Positions 24,901 through 35,571 of a stretch of 64,000 bases of DNA are shown piece after piece; position 1 is the stretch's first letter; every line of letters starts with the position of its first letter. The stretch is from Macrostomum hystrix. Taxonomy: Eukaryota > Animalia > Platyhelminthes. The notes under the pieces are model-generated. The model was given only the letters and a program-made list of their open reading frames with translations. It was not told where the DNA came from and did no database searches. The position numbers and the translations under genes are program-made. The stretch spans positions 13,082,001 through 13,146,000 of the forward strand of contig CATNEN010000001.1 in NCBI GenBank assembly GCA_950097015.1, written 5' to 3'.

Positions 24901-27614
24901 GCCCTCGTTTCGTCGCTGGACTGCGGGCTCTATTCCACTCGGGGCAGTTCCACCTCCGGGAGTTCGCAGCAAACGACTCACAGGCTCTTCAGGGCCTCCC
25001 TGAGGAAGATCGCGTTGAGAACCCAGTCGTCAGAAACCTCGGTATCGTCTGGGACACCGTCAATGACACCATCCGACTTGCCATGCCTACGATTTCATGC
25101 GGCATCACGCTTACTCGCGCCAGCTTACTGAGCGTCATCTCCCGCCCCTACGATCCATTTGGATACGTTGCCCCCCTCGTTCTGGCGGGCCGACTTCTCT
25201 ACAGGGCGGCATTCAAGCCTAACGATGCCTGGGACACTCTGGCCGATCCTGCCACCGTTGACGCTTGGTCCAGGCTCCGTTCAGACTTCGTTGACATCGA
25301 CCGCATTGTCATACCTCGTCGCTGCGTCACGAAGCGCACTGTTCCCAGTCGCCTGGTCATCTTCAGTGATGGTTCATCACAGGCGTATGGCTTCACCGTC
25401 TATCTGCACCACACTCACGATGGTCGAGTGACCACCACCCTCATCTACGCGAGAGCACGTCTCGTCCCAACTGGCAAGAAAGGCCTACTAATTACCGTTC
25501 CGCGCATCGAACTCTGGGCCGCTCTTATCGCTACCCGCGCGACCCTTCTCTTACGAGATATCCTTACTCCAATGCTAGAGATCAGCGGTATAACCCACTT
25601 TATCGACAGCCAGATTGTCCTTTACTGGCTCATGGACGGTGCCAAGCTCCGTCCCTACGAGTGCCACCGCGTCCAGGAGATACGCAACTCCGGGTTGACA
25701 GAGGACCGCCGCTACGTTCCCACTGCAGAGAATCCGGCCGACCATTGTACCAGGCCCCTAACACTGACCCAGCTTATCGCGTCGAACTTCTACACCGGTC
25801 CCGAGTTTATTCAACGGCCTTACCATACGTGGACCTCCTGGCCGCTCCCCGGTCAGTCCGTCAACCCACCAGAGGAAACTCGGCGTAAAGATAAGCCGTC
25901 TATTTCGCTTCTGCACGCTACCAAAGGCGTTGCTGAGCCCCCACCTGGAGACATGGATATCACTCGTTTCGGATGCCTCAACACCCTGCTCGGTGCAACC
26001 GCATATGTCGTCCGCTTCGTCACGAGGGACAGGACCCGCGGAGTCCCAGGCTTAAACGCGCGCAACGCCGCCCTCCTTCTCTGGGTCCGGTACACACAGC
26101 GTTTACATTACCTCAAGGACATGATCGCTCTTCAATCGGGCAACCCTGGGAATTGTCGGCTGGTGAATCAGCTTGCCTTGTATCTTGATACCGACGGTTT
26201 CGTCCGCTTGAGCTCACGCATGGCCAACGCCAATTTGGACGCTGATGCACTGCACCCGTTGCTCCTGCCCTCGAGGAGTCACCTCAGTTATCTATTGATC
26301 CGACATATCCACGAGCAGGAGGTACACGCGACTGCCTCCACAGTTCTTAGTCGACTGAGGGAGCGCTTCTGGATTGTCCGTGGCCTTGCCACTGTGCGCA
26401 ACGCTCTACGTGGCTGCCTTGTTTGCCGCGCCTCCAAAGCGCCACCCATGACTCGCCCACATCATGGTCAGCTGCCACCTGAACGTTTGGACTTCACGCA
26501 GCCCGCTTTCCGCTCAATTCTCATCGATCAGTTAGGACCGATATATACATGGGCGTCCACGACAAGGACGTCAGCCAAGCGCTGGGTCCTCATCCTCTCC
26601 TGCGCGACCAGTCGTGCTGTGCACCTAGAACCTCTGACGGACTACTCCGCGGACGCGGTGCTCCACGCGTTTGAGAGATTTTGGGCCCGGCGAGGCCTCA
26701 CGGAAGGTACAATCTTCCTCGATCAGGCGACGGCATTCCAGGCCACCGCCAAGCTGGTAGATACCCTCCTGGCGCCGACGTTCCAGCACAAGATCTTCAC
26801 GGATCTTCAACCTTTTGCCACCACCCGTAGACTCCGTTTCAAGTTCGCACCGGTCCGTTCCCCTTGGCACCAGGGTGCGGTGGAAAGGCTTGTCGCTCTT
26901 ACCAAAGCCAGCCTACGGCCGGCACTCTGGCGTCGTCGGATCGATGACGATGAACTGCGGACTCTACTCTGCAGGGTTGAAGCCGTACTCAACACACGCC
27001 CCCTCACGGCTCTCAGCAACGACCCAAGGGATATGCGCCCACTGACACCGGCACATCTTATAGCCCCAAACGTCTGCCTCGACCTGCCAGCCGCTTCAGA
27101 GAGTCTCCTACCACCGGCGGACTCGTCAACCGGCAACGTACTACGGGCGCTCTACTACCGCAGGGAACAGATTATCGACGCCTTTTGGGATCGCTGGCGC
27201 CGCGAATACCTCCAGCATCTGCGATCAATCCATCTGGCAGAACGACGACGCAATCCAGGGGTAACCCAGCAGCCTCGTCAGGATCAACTCTGCCTTCTCG
27301 TTGAGAGCACACCTCGTGCCAGTTGGAAGACTTGTCGCATCCTAGCCCTGCACCCGGATGCACAAGGCGTCGTGCGCTACGTCACAATCCGCACCAGTGC
27401 CGGTTACGAATCCCGGCGTCCTGTCGAGCATCTCGTCCCGCTGGAGGCCGAAGTTGTGGAGCCGGATCCAGAAATCGGCGCCAGGGCGAAGACCCAGGAC
27501 AGCTCACCGCAGTCGCCAACGGCAACTAATGTCACGGCTGTACCGACTTCGGTCCGCTCTCTTCGCGCCCGTAAGCGGCAGGGAGTCCGAGACGCCCTGT
27601 TTGACATTCCCTGA
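21999..27614 (+). CDS. BEL/Pao gag-pol polyprotein (~1871 aa)
   Basis: First ATG at 21999. DUF1759-like gag (LPTFDG...FWGAF), three zinc knuckles (CVYC..H..C, CFNC..H..C, CRKC..HH..LH), protease LIDGGC, RT (SDIQSAFYQI, MGASPSP, YMDN), RNase H (FSDGS, TVPRIEL, DSQIVL, NPAD), integrase (IDQLGP, LDQATAF, GAVERLV), C-terminal FWDRWRREYL. Confidence 0.95.
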   Translation: MVNTRATSAETGDTTDPISGDHAGQEQATGGATAGPSAPLLQPTVAGQPPANQDMLQHLLGVMVTMMQQNQQLLTQLQSQTAAAPPAPAAVPDANPLPTARRPASFVGDSVLRNARLPTFDGEDPAAFPAFWGAFDHRIHALEMSPVDKFEVLRGLLTGAALRKLGGLDACQPGAYEEARRILEYNYGDLQEQKSACYKRLLDMPRLNDVDFRTLEPFADALRLTVGQLARLQEPEAAMDAYIHALWPKLPIALRTDIQDARIKATQSPMPTMTDLQGHLDAKLRVLRAARTVTNEAPAEAPYSGASLLGAASNSCPPAAQNSGRSYAAGRHQHGPSRKNTIRCQDIAGCVYCDQSGHNASRCDRVTQPEDRFSAVRRKKLCFNCLGDHEARHCPSSSRCRKCGSKHHTSLHGAYPREPAIQTGAGPSAHSRRPHQPIVNSHLSGISPLVESTEDSSGPVHAISCVSSAQDSLLQPIVMATFSAPAVNPATGDSAPITALIDGGCSYTYLRGDIARRIGLQSLGTISLDSSACHAESRRRVHANIVRLELATLDGRRMPLKVLSVERIAPAIHLQALQLPKDILTTLAHLPLGIANAPPMVDKEVDLDLLIGNDYAQLLVGPSVGAIPLRRSFTAHLTPFGAVLTGSLTGTSDTHAICTRATELLCTGRLIVNSLHGLTEQPVPDNLSHLELLVDRMTSLEILGLGPNTERTTQSEDLQTKRLLDSATREPDGRFSVALPFKPGAEQLPSNFGQAYGRARAVHNRLDLLQRMKYYAEFEKRKTEGVLEIVDSRSPPGPIVHVLPHFPVIKESSNTTKIRPVVDASAPTSLGGSCLNDLLETGPNLLTDLLQVQLRLRVYEYACVSDIQSAFYQIMVHPGCRDALRIILPRDIAKPLDQDSMQLWRFTRIVMGASPSPWILLTVIHKLCADAIAGGTHRFGLHKGEVESIPSGLYMDNLVQGYDCKTEGPRFVAGLRALFHSGQFHLREFAANDSQALQGLPEEDRVENPVVRNLGIVWDTVNDTIRLAMPTISCGITLTRASLLSVISRPYDPFGYVAPLVLAGRLLYRAAFKPNDAWDTLADPATVDAWSRLRSDFVDIDRIVIPRRCVTKRTVPSRLVIFSDGSSQAYGFTVYLHHTHDGRVTTTLIYARARLVPTGKKGLLITVPRIELWAALIATRATLLLRDILTPMLEISGITHFIDSQIVLYWLMDGAKLRPYECHRVQEIRNSGLTEDRRYVPTAENPADHCTRPLTLTQLIASNFYTGPEFIQRPYHTWTSWPLPGQSVNPPEETRRKDKPSISLLHATKGVAEPPPGDMDITRFGCLNTLLGATAYVVRFVTRDRTRGVPGLNARNAALLLWVRYTQRLHYLKDMIALQSGNPGNCRLVNQLALYLDTDGFVRLSSRMANANLDADALHPLLLPSRSHLSYLLIRHIHEQEVHATASTVLSRLRERFWIVRGLATVRNALRGCLVCRASKAPPMTRPHHGQLPPERLDFTQPAFRSILIDQLGPIYTWASTTRTSAKRWVLILSCATSRAVHLEPLTDYSADAVLHAFERFWARRGLTEGTIFLDQATAFQATAKLVDTLLAPTFQHKIFTDLQPFATTRRLRFKFAPVRSPWHQGAVERLVALTKASLRPALWRRRIDDDELRTLLCRVEAVLNTRPLTALSNDPRDMRPLTPAHLIAPNVCLDLPAASESLLPPADSSTGNVLRALYYRREQIIDAFWDRWRREYLQHLRSIHLAERRRNPGVTQQPRQDQLCLLVESTPRASWKTCRILALHPDAQGVVRYVTIRTSAGYESRRPVEHLVPLEAEVVEPDPEIGARAKTQDSSPQSPTATNVTAVPTSVRSLRARKRQGVRDALFDIP

Positions 27615-27734
27615 GTGTTACTTCGTGCACTATGAACCTAGAGTTTACCTCAAAGAGACTAAAACTGATGTTCTATCTTCCGCTTCCTAATTTCCTACGC
27701 CGTATCCTAGCCATCCGTACAGCCCCCCCCAATC

Positions 27735-27960
27735 TGTCGGATTCATCTGGCAATCCTCCACGTTAATTCAAGCTTGCCCTACTGCGCTAAATTTAGCTCC
27801 TTGTTACACCTTGTTTACCCATAGACACCCCCAGCCTCAACTGTACTCTTAAATTAAATACAAAGTCGCCCAGCCGTTCCCCAAAAGAAACTACACACAC
27901 GTAGTTCGTTCTAGCAACTTAAGCTTAACATAAAGCCTTTGTCTCAGTCAGTTGACGACA
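27735..27960 (+). repeat. 3' LTR of BEL/Pao element
   Basis: Direct repeat of 21735-21960, followed by TSD AAAGC. Confidence 0.95.
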
Positions 27961-28916
27961 AAAGCTGTCTAACTTGGATCATTGGTACCGCCTAAGAGCG
28001 GACTTGAATACATACATAAATATTAAAAAGGGTCTTCGAAAACGCTACCAGATTGACTACTAGACAGTTGCATAAATGCTACCAGAATGACTATACTTAG
28101 ACACTCAGATACACGCTACCACTCTGAATTGCTTTGACAAAAATATATTGCCAATAAAGAGCGAAAAAACACATGCTTTGAGTTATTTTAAATGTCATAT
28201 TTTAGTTTCTGATGAAGGTAGTATGTTTATCAAGCTTCTGTAGGCCAGTGTAGTCCAAGGTGACTTTCATTCTGCCCATTCGGAACGATTCCAGTCCATA
28301 ATTGTGTTTCATCCAGACCTGCGCAAGTGAAAAACAATTGGTTTTAGTTAATCAATAAAAAACATACAAATACGTGTTTTAGAGATCGGTGATTTGACAT
28401 TTCCTTCTAGCTCACTGCGGCCGACTGTTTGTCTCTTGCCTATGGACTGAACTTAGCTGCTGTACGGAGTCGCCACTGACTGTACGTTCGGCCCAACTGG
28501 TTAGGTTAATTTTCCATCTATAAACATTAGTCATTGATTTTCCTGTTCGTCAATAAGTATTTTTACCATTGACGCCAAGAACTCGTGCGGCATTTTTAAG
28601 CGCTAAATATACTGTGAACTTCTGTGACGTGCGAACACTTTAGTAACACACTGACGGAGTGCTAGTAATGTATATTTGCACGCTTCAGCATCATCATCAT
28701 TTTGTTATACGACACAAGTGGTCTTAGAGGCAGACTACAGTGAGCTAGGGTAAAGTACATTTACACTCCTTTGTTTATTCTTGGTTACGGAAGTATCTAA
28801 TAAAATGACTAGCTATCATTTTGTCTTTTCCACACATAAGAAGGTCTATTTCAGTGACAAAAATGCGTCAATATGGACAAACAGTTTATAATTAAAATGT
28901 GGCATCATGCCTGCTC

Positions 28917-29345
28917 TCACCAAAAGCTTTGTATTCCAAAAATGTATTGCACATCGCCGCAAGCACGCCTTATATCTTGCTTCAGTTGTTGTACCTCTGA
29001 TTCTTCCTTCAGTATTTTTATCACATATTCTTTTATATCAATGTAAACATCAAACCTGTGCATAAAACTTGCGCACCTCAGTCGATATGCGCGAGGGCGA
29101 TCGCGGATCCGGTGATAGCGGATATATTCTAAACCATCCATTAATATGTCTTTCAGTTCCTTAAAGTTCCACTTTGAGCTTCCTTCAGAACTGTGGTCAT
29201 AACCTTTATTACGGAGACCGCCGATCCATTCTAAACCATCCATAATAAATGGTGTCTTCAGTTTCTTTAACTGCTCTGATTCAGAAGCAGCAGTGATCAG
29301 CAGCAGAAACAGTGGCATAATCGTTAGTGCTGTGGTCGGCTTCAT
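28917..29345 (-). CDS. Small single-exon predicted secreted protein (142 aa), unknown function
   Basis: Hydrophobic N-terminus MKPTTALTIMPLFLLLITAAS; internal repeat LKKLKTPFIMDGLEWI / FKELKDILMDGLEYI; TATAAG ~90 bp upstream; AATAAA on minus strand at ~28774-28779. Confidence 0.6.
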   Translation of the reverse strand: MKPTTALTIMPLFLLLITAASESEQLKKLKTPFIMDGLEWIGGLRNKGYDHSSEGSSKWNFKELKDILMDGLEYIRYHRIRDRPRAYRLRCASFMHRFDVYIDIKEYVIKILKEESEVQQLKQDIRRACGDVQYIFGIQSFW

Positions 29346-30631
29346 ATCTCGATTATTCGTGTCCTTCGATTGACTTGCTGAGTGAAACCTGAGCTAAGAA
29401 TGTTTTGCGTGGGTGTCGAAAAACAGCCATCTCGGCTTATAAGCGAGGGGCATTCCCTGTCCAGTCGTCAAAGTTCGTGAAATCAGGCAGTTTTGGCCAC
29501 AGAAGTTGAGCTGATGACGCAGTAGACTTCAGCATGTCTATGTCTGAAACCTAGAGTTTTAGCAGTTCTGCTTTTCCGAGTCGCTTAGTTGTGAGAGAAA
29601 TTTAGCGAACTCACAGCCCAGCAAATGGCCCTACGACAATAACGATGGAAGTGCAGAGGAAAAACTCTACATTTCCGATCGTGTGGTTTTCTGACTGCTG
29701 TCTGATAATTGGGGTTTTATTTTTATTTTGCTGATGCTGAGCACGAATCGGCGGTCAAGTGACTGAGATCGATAAGTGCCTTGGCAACGCTCCTAGTTGT
29801 GTGAAATCCGAGAGTTTGCCATGCATCAAACTCGATATGGTGAAGGGGCTCAGTAGCAGTTCTCATACAAAAAGCGTCACTATAGCTACAGCTTCGCGAG
29901 TTCTACCAGCTGGTCAGATCTAGACTACAAACGTAATGTAAAAGTTTAAGTCTGTTTAAGTGTTTAAGTGTGTGTGTGTGTGAGTCTTTCTGTAAGGGTC
30001 TTCTCTCTCTCACTCGCGTGCCCTCTCACTCCATTATCCGCAATCTATCTTTTTATCTCTCGATCCGTTTAATTTAATTCTTATTTAGCACCTTCCTTTC
30101 TATCTTCTCTCTTTCGTCACACTCTCGATCTTTTTGCAGATTACGATTTTGATTCGTTGAAAAAGTGAAACTTTATATTTAATTTAACTGTAAAAACATG
30201 TTATACGAGCGCGTATCTATCATTTACGAAATTAGTTTTTATAAAAATTCAGAGAACAAGCTCCACAATAGGGTTAAAGGGAGATCGGAAAGACGATCAT
30301 CTTAACCCAAGGCAGCGAGCTCGATCGCCGTCAGGAACACCTGGCGGACCTTGAGCAAACCTCAAGATATCTCCCAAAGGATCTTACATCTTTAAACGGA
30401 GGTCGGCTAAAAAATGTACTAATCAATTTAATGCATAGTTAAAGTGTCTCTTAACGCTTAATTATTTCTGCACTATATTTTTTGGTTAATAGAATCTGGC
30501 TGTTCATAATTCTGGGTTCATTGAGATGTTTTGCATGATCTGTCTGACATAAAGTATAATATCAAAGTTCAAAGTTAGAAAGCGACAAGCCGAAGCCTGG
30601 CTTCAACTTGAAAATCCTGCTATTCGATAGT

Positions 30632-32694
30632 TCACTCGCAGCCAACAAGCGGAATCAGCAGCACGCGGCCCTGCAGCTCCAAGTTGGCGCCTGTGGCGGT
30701 GCTGCAGTTGAAGCCGCTGCAGTAGGAGCCACCGCCTCCACCGGACTGACCTCGACTCGAACTGGCACCTCCACCGCTAAAGCCGCCGCCACCGCCTCCA
30801 GCGCCGCTAGGAATTGTTAAACAGCAGCCGCCACCAGCGCCGCCTCCACCAAAGCCTCCGTCCCCATCGTGACACGGCCGGCTAGCTCCGCCGAGCCAGC
30901 CATCAAGGCGACTCAGGCCGGGGCCTCCAGGATTAACGTAGGAGACGCTGCTCAGGGCGGCTGAGGCGCTCCAGCCAGCGCCGGCGCCGCCGCATGTGGA
31001 CGAGCTAACCGGGTGCTTAGTCGGCGATACCTGACCCGGCTGGCCTCCGATGCCGCCCGCGCCAGTGTAGGCATCGGCCATCGAACTGTTTGTGCCGGCA
31101 CTTTCCTTGTTACCGTTAATGCCGTCTGGAATTTCAGGAGATTTGATGCCACCCTCTCAAAACTTCGATTGGGGATCTCTTCGATGCCCCTTTTAAGAAA
31201 TTCTGCATGCAAACTGGCTTAAACAACAATTCGCTGGGTCGTATCGCCAAGTACTTCAGCGACATCAACGAATTCTCTGCCTCCATATTGTTTGTGCCTT
31301 TGCATAGATAACTTCAGGGACTTCATTATCATGATGACATGGGGTCAGTGGCTGAGTGGTCAACGCGTTTGCCTCTCGCACCAAGGTCACTGAGTTCGAT
31401 TCCGTGGCGAGGTCGCATCCAATTAGGGCACAAAGGCCGAGAGAAGGCTTGGGGCTTGTCGTGCAATTTACGCAATTGAGGGCCAACCTCCAAGGCACAG
31501 TGAAGTGTACTCTGAGAAAGTCAGGGCAGATGAACACACCTGTGTTAGCGTACGCCTGCGCACGATATCTGTGTGTCACAGAATAATGTGCGTTGCCTAC
31601 AGCCCTCTTTCAATTATTATTGTTATTATTATTATTAGTATTATTAGTATTAGTATTATGGCATGCTCGTGGTTTCAACTGCTAATTCAAAGCCTGAGAA
31701 TTCGGTGTGGACGTGTACTTACTGCTACTCCAAGTCGAGCCTCCTCCTCCACCAGCAGCCAGGAGCAGCCAAGGACTGCCGGTGCCGTTGCTGACGTACA
31801 CGAAGCTGCCGCCGCCCCCGCCAGCGCCAAATGAGCAGCTCGATGCATCGCTGCCAGCCTGGCCGACCACAATGTCCAGCCGGGTGCGGGCGGTTAGCTT
31901 GAAACTGCCAGCAGCCCTCGCACCCTTGCCACCTCTCACTGATGCCGAATATGCCGTCCGACCTCCAGCGGCTCCGAACGCTTCGATGCGGTAGCAGCCA
32001 GAGAACGGAACGTGAATGAACTGAACGGAACCATTGGGGCCAGTGCTGCTGTCTGTGTTGTGGTTGATGGTTTTCACAGCGAACTGTTTATTAGTGCATC
32101 ATTGCAGATTGTGCGGTAACTCTTAGTAGTAATTCAAGAGTAATTCCTTCGTATATCCATTTCCCTGAGTAGTTTCAAAACATTATTACCTGCCGCTTAT
32201 TACACTCACTGGAGAAAGATGTGGGAAACCTTCTCGATCGAAGCTGCAGCTCGAAGTCTTCCGCCTTCCACAGCATCACAGCACCGTCGGCGGTCGACAC
32301 CAACTTCCGAGTCACGTGACTGCCCTCCGGAGTGAGCTGGCCCGATGACTCGTCGTTGATGACGAGAAGCTGGCAGACGCGGCTGGTCTCATTCAGCAGT
32401 GCGGCAGCGCAGTCTCTGTCGTCGCACCAGGACAGACACTCGGCTTCGGTCCGGTAGGCGGACTCATTCAGCAGACTGCTGCTCAGCGATTCGTTGAGTA
32501 CAATGGAGCCTCTGGTCTCCGGCTGAAAAACTTTGCCCAGTGAGGCGTCCGCAGCTGAAATGCGAATGAAGAAGTGCATTTTGCAGAAGCGCCATGGAGT
32601 GTAAGTTTCAATGGCTTAGGGAAATAAATTGTATAGTAACTAGCAAGGATTACTTACCCAAAAGAAGCAAGCAAACAACAGAAACAAAATACAT
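30632..32694 (-). CDS. Secreted PAN/apple-like + ALK/LTK-type glycine-rich domain protein, copy A; exons 32694-32658, 32554-32210, 32052-31723, 31125-30632 (~401 aa)
   Basis: Phase-1 GT-AG introns give a 1206-nt ORF. Signal peptide MYFVSVVCLLLLAADA; ECLSWC..DCAAA...CQL (PAN-like); VP.SGCYRIEAFGAAGG, GKGARAAGSF, IVVGQAG, GGGGGSFV, LLLAAGGGG, GGFGGGG, GGGGGFSGG, GGGGGSY. TATATAAA at ~32780. Confidence 0.8.
31341..31659 (+). mobile_element. tRNA-derived SINE in intron 3 of copy A
   Basis: Pol III A box TGGCTGAGTGG (31349-31359), B box GAGTTCGATTCC (31392-31403), ~320 bp long with (ATT)n tail. Confidence 0.8.
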
Positions 32695-33483
32695 TTGTAC
32701 TTCTGTTTTAGCTGGATGCGATAGAATGCTTGTAAAATTTTGCAAGGTTGTTAGGTTTTTCCAATTAAAACGCTTGCCTTTATATAGTTCCTGCTTAACT
32801 GCACTGAAATGTTTTGCGTGACAACTCAAGTGCCGTCTTTTGTGCATTCCTTGCAACTCTCAAATGGCAAGGCATATTTGTCTCTAATGAGTAAACTGAC
32901 AAACACACGGAACGGAAGCTGCAGCTTTGCGCATTCAAAGTGTCGCTTAAGTTTTTCATTGCTAGTCGACCAGAGTACGTCTAAACGAGACGAGACAACC
33001 GAACAGATGAGCATTCAAATATAAAGACTGCAAAATAAATATAGTTTTAAAGCCATTTTCTTCCAAACATGTTTTATGATTGCCTGAAAAAGTAGTCATA
33101 GAAAATGAAATTTCTTTCAGATTTATTTTATAATTCAGTAGAAAGTTGAACAACAATTGAATAAGAGGGTTTTAAAGTAAGCGTCGTAAATTTAATTAGA
33201 AATACACTTATACTCAAAGATTAAAGTGTAATTATAATTTGTGAAGAACAATGCAGGCAAATTAGCAATTTTTAGATTTCTTAAGAGAAAGCTAAGAGCT
33301 TCAGACAACGGCGGGAACTACAGTAATCGACTTAAAAAGCAATTTTCTTGTTCTCTAAAAACTGATTCTACACTTTTATAAGGTGGCTTAACTTTTCGGG
33401 GGGGTTTAACTGTCCAATCAACTTGCGGCCTGCAGTCAAGTAATTTCCGAAATTCATGGACCGACATCGCAGCAAATCTAAAA

Positions 33484-35571
33484 TCAACCGCAAGAGGCAA
33501 CCATGTTCATCAGCACGCGGCCCTGCAGCTCCGAGTTGGCACCACTGACGATGATGCAGTTGAAGCCGCTGCAGAAGGAGCCGCCGCCGCCTCCGCCCTG
33601 CTCACGACTCGAACTCGCGCCTCCGCCGCTGAAGCCGCCACCTCCGCCAGCAGCTCCCAGCGAGTTACGAGGACAGCAGCCGCCGCCGCTGCCGCCTCCA
33701 CCGAAGCCACCGTCGCCATCGCGGCAAGGGTTAGTTCCACCGAGCCAGCCATCAATGATGCTCAGTCCTGGTCTTCCTGGTTCAACGAACAATGCCTCAT
33801 TAATGGGTTGAGCGGAGCCGTTCCAGCCGGCGCCGGGGCCACCGCAGTAGCGAAATGGTGGAACCTGACCAGGCTGCCCCTCCGCTCCTCCGACGCCGGT
33901 GAAAGAGTTTAACCTCGCGCTGCTGGTGCCGTTGCTGCCTCTCGCACCAGCGACTCCACCTGACAAAGCGGTGCAAACAAAGTACTTCCTCTGAAGCGCT
34001 ACCAAGTAGGGGCTGAAATTCCATCTAGCTACAGTAGCTTCAATCGCCCAACTTACTGCTGTCCCATGACGATCCACCTCCACCACCAGCTGCCAGGAGC
34101 AGCTGCTCACTGCCTGTGACATTGCTGACATATACGAAGCTGCCGCCGCCACCGCCAGCGCCGAAATGGCACGTGGCGTCGCTGCCAGCCTGACCGACCA
34201 CGATTCCAAGCCGGGTGCGCGCAGTCAGCCAGAAGCTGCCCGCCGCTGAGGCGCCCCTGCCACCTCGGACAGTCTGCGACCTTGGGGTTCTGCCCCCACA
34301 AGCTCCAAATGCTTCAATGCGGTAGCAACCGGACATTGGCACATAGACGAGCCGAACTGACCCGTTGAAACCAGTGCTGGTGTCTGATTTGAAAAGTTTA
34401 CGAGCGTTTACTAGGATTCGAGACTTTAAATCTTTGTTTGAATGCAATTGTAAAAAAAACTGTTGTCTATTTGATTGTCTATGGCCACGAGACCACGGCT
34501 ATGTTTTTCATGCCATACTCCCCATAGCTTTGGGCCATAGACATTCGTAACGAGCATCAATGATGTACGCTCCTCAACAATGCCAGTGAATAGCTCGTAA
34601 TGGCTATGCAGTGCACCAAATGTTAGGGGGTGAGTAGGTCAGCGGCTAATGTCTGTGCACCTGTGTGTGAGGTGCCTGTTTCCAAGGGTCCAGATGGCGC
34701 GATGGGCGACTCCCGCCTAGTTCGCCGGCCTGGGGGCATGCCGTTCCTCGGCATGCGTCAAGTGCCCCAGGCCCCCCTGCAATTATGCAAAAAAGCACCA
34801 AATGTTTATGAAAAAGACTTGCGAGCACTCGTAGCCATTCTGCATCATCATCTTCGATACGAAGAGTGTCACCCAACTCACTGGAGAAAGATGTGGGAAA
34901 CCTTCTCGATCGAAGCTGCAGCTCGAAGTCGTCCGCCTTCCACAGCTTCACAGCGCCGTCGGCGGTCGACACCAACTTCCGAGTCACGTGACTGCCCTCC
35001 GGAGTGAGCCGGCCGGATGACTCGTCGTTGATGACGAGAAGCTGGCAGACACGGCTGGTCTCATTCAGCAGTGCGGCAGCGCAGTCTCTGTCGTCGCACC
35101 AGGACAGACACTCGGCTTCGGTCCGGTAGGCGGACTCATTCAACAGACTGCTGCTCAGCGATTCGTTGAGTACGATGGAGCCTCTGGTCTCCGGCTGAAA
35201 AACTTTGCCCAGTGAGGCGTCCGCAGCTGAAATGCAGAGTGCATTTCGAAGTGAAGTGCTTTAAAATGTCACACAAAAAGGATTTTCCTCGTGTAATTTT
35301 CCACTACGGAAAATGTCGGCATCAACTGCGGGGGTGGCAGAAATGACAAGCAGTTCTGACAAAAGTTGCCAATTCTTAGTTGGTAGGGTACAGTTTTAAC
35401 ATGGCATACAGAAGGCAAGATGACAATGGTGTATGTCGTCTAGCCAAGTCCCCCACCTAGCGATGCTTTACTCAAACTGGAATTGCAAGTCATTTTTATA
35501 ATACTTCTAGGAGACAGAATGACGCGCCACTCACCAACTAGCAACAGGGCAACAACCGGAGCGAAAGACAT
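33484..35571 (-). CDS. Secreted PAN/apple-like + ALK/LTK-type glycine-rich domain protein, copy B; exons 35571-35535, 35226-34882, 34383-34057, 33959-33484 (~394 aa)
   Basis: Same exon and phase structure as copy A; 1185-nt ORF; signal peptide MSFAPVVALLLVAADA; same glycine-rich motifs. Confidence 0.8.

Larger units (their letters stand above)
21735..27960 (+). mobile_element. Full-length BEL/Pao LTR retrotransposon
   Basis: 226-bp LTRs at 21735-21960 and 27735-27960 (TGTCG...CGACA, no differences seen by eye); 5-bp TSD AAAGC; PBS; single gag-pol ORF. Confidence 0.96.

Noticed and set aside
22422-27607. Many short antisense and alternate-frame ORFs within the BEL/Pao element
   Set aside because: Shadow ORFs expected in GC-rich coding DNA; no independent motifs.
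31341-31415. Functional tRNA gene
   Set aside because: A and B boxes are present, but there is no convincing acceptor stem or oligo-T terminator; it continues into a body with an (ATT)n tail, as a SINE does.
30632-35571. True ALK/LTK receptor kinase gene
   Set aside because: Each copy stops after the glycine-rich domain; no transmembrane or kinase exons are in the window.
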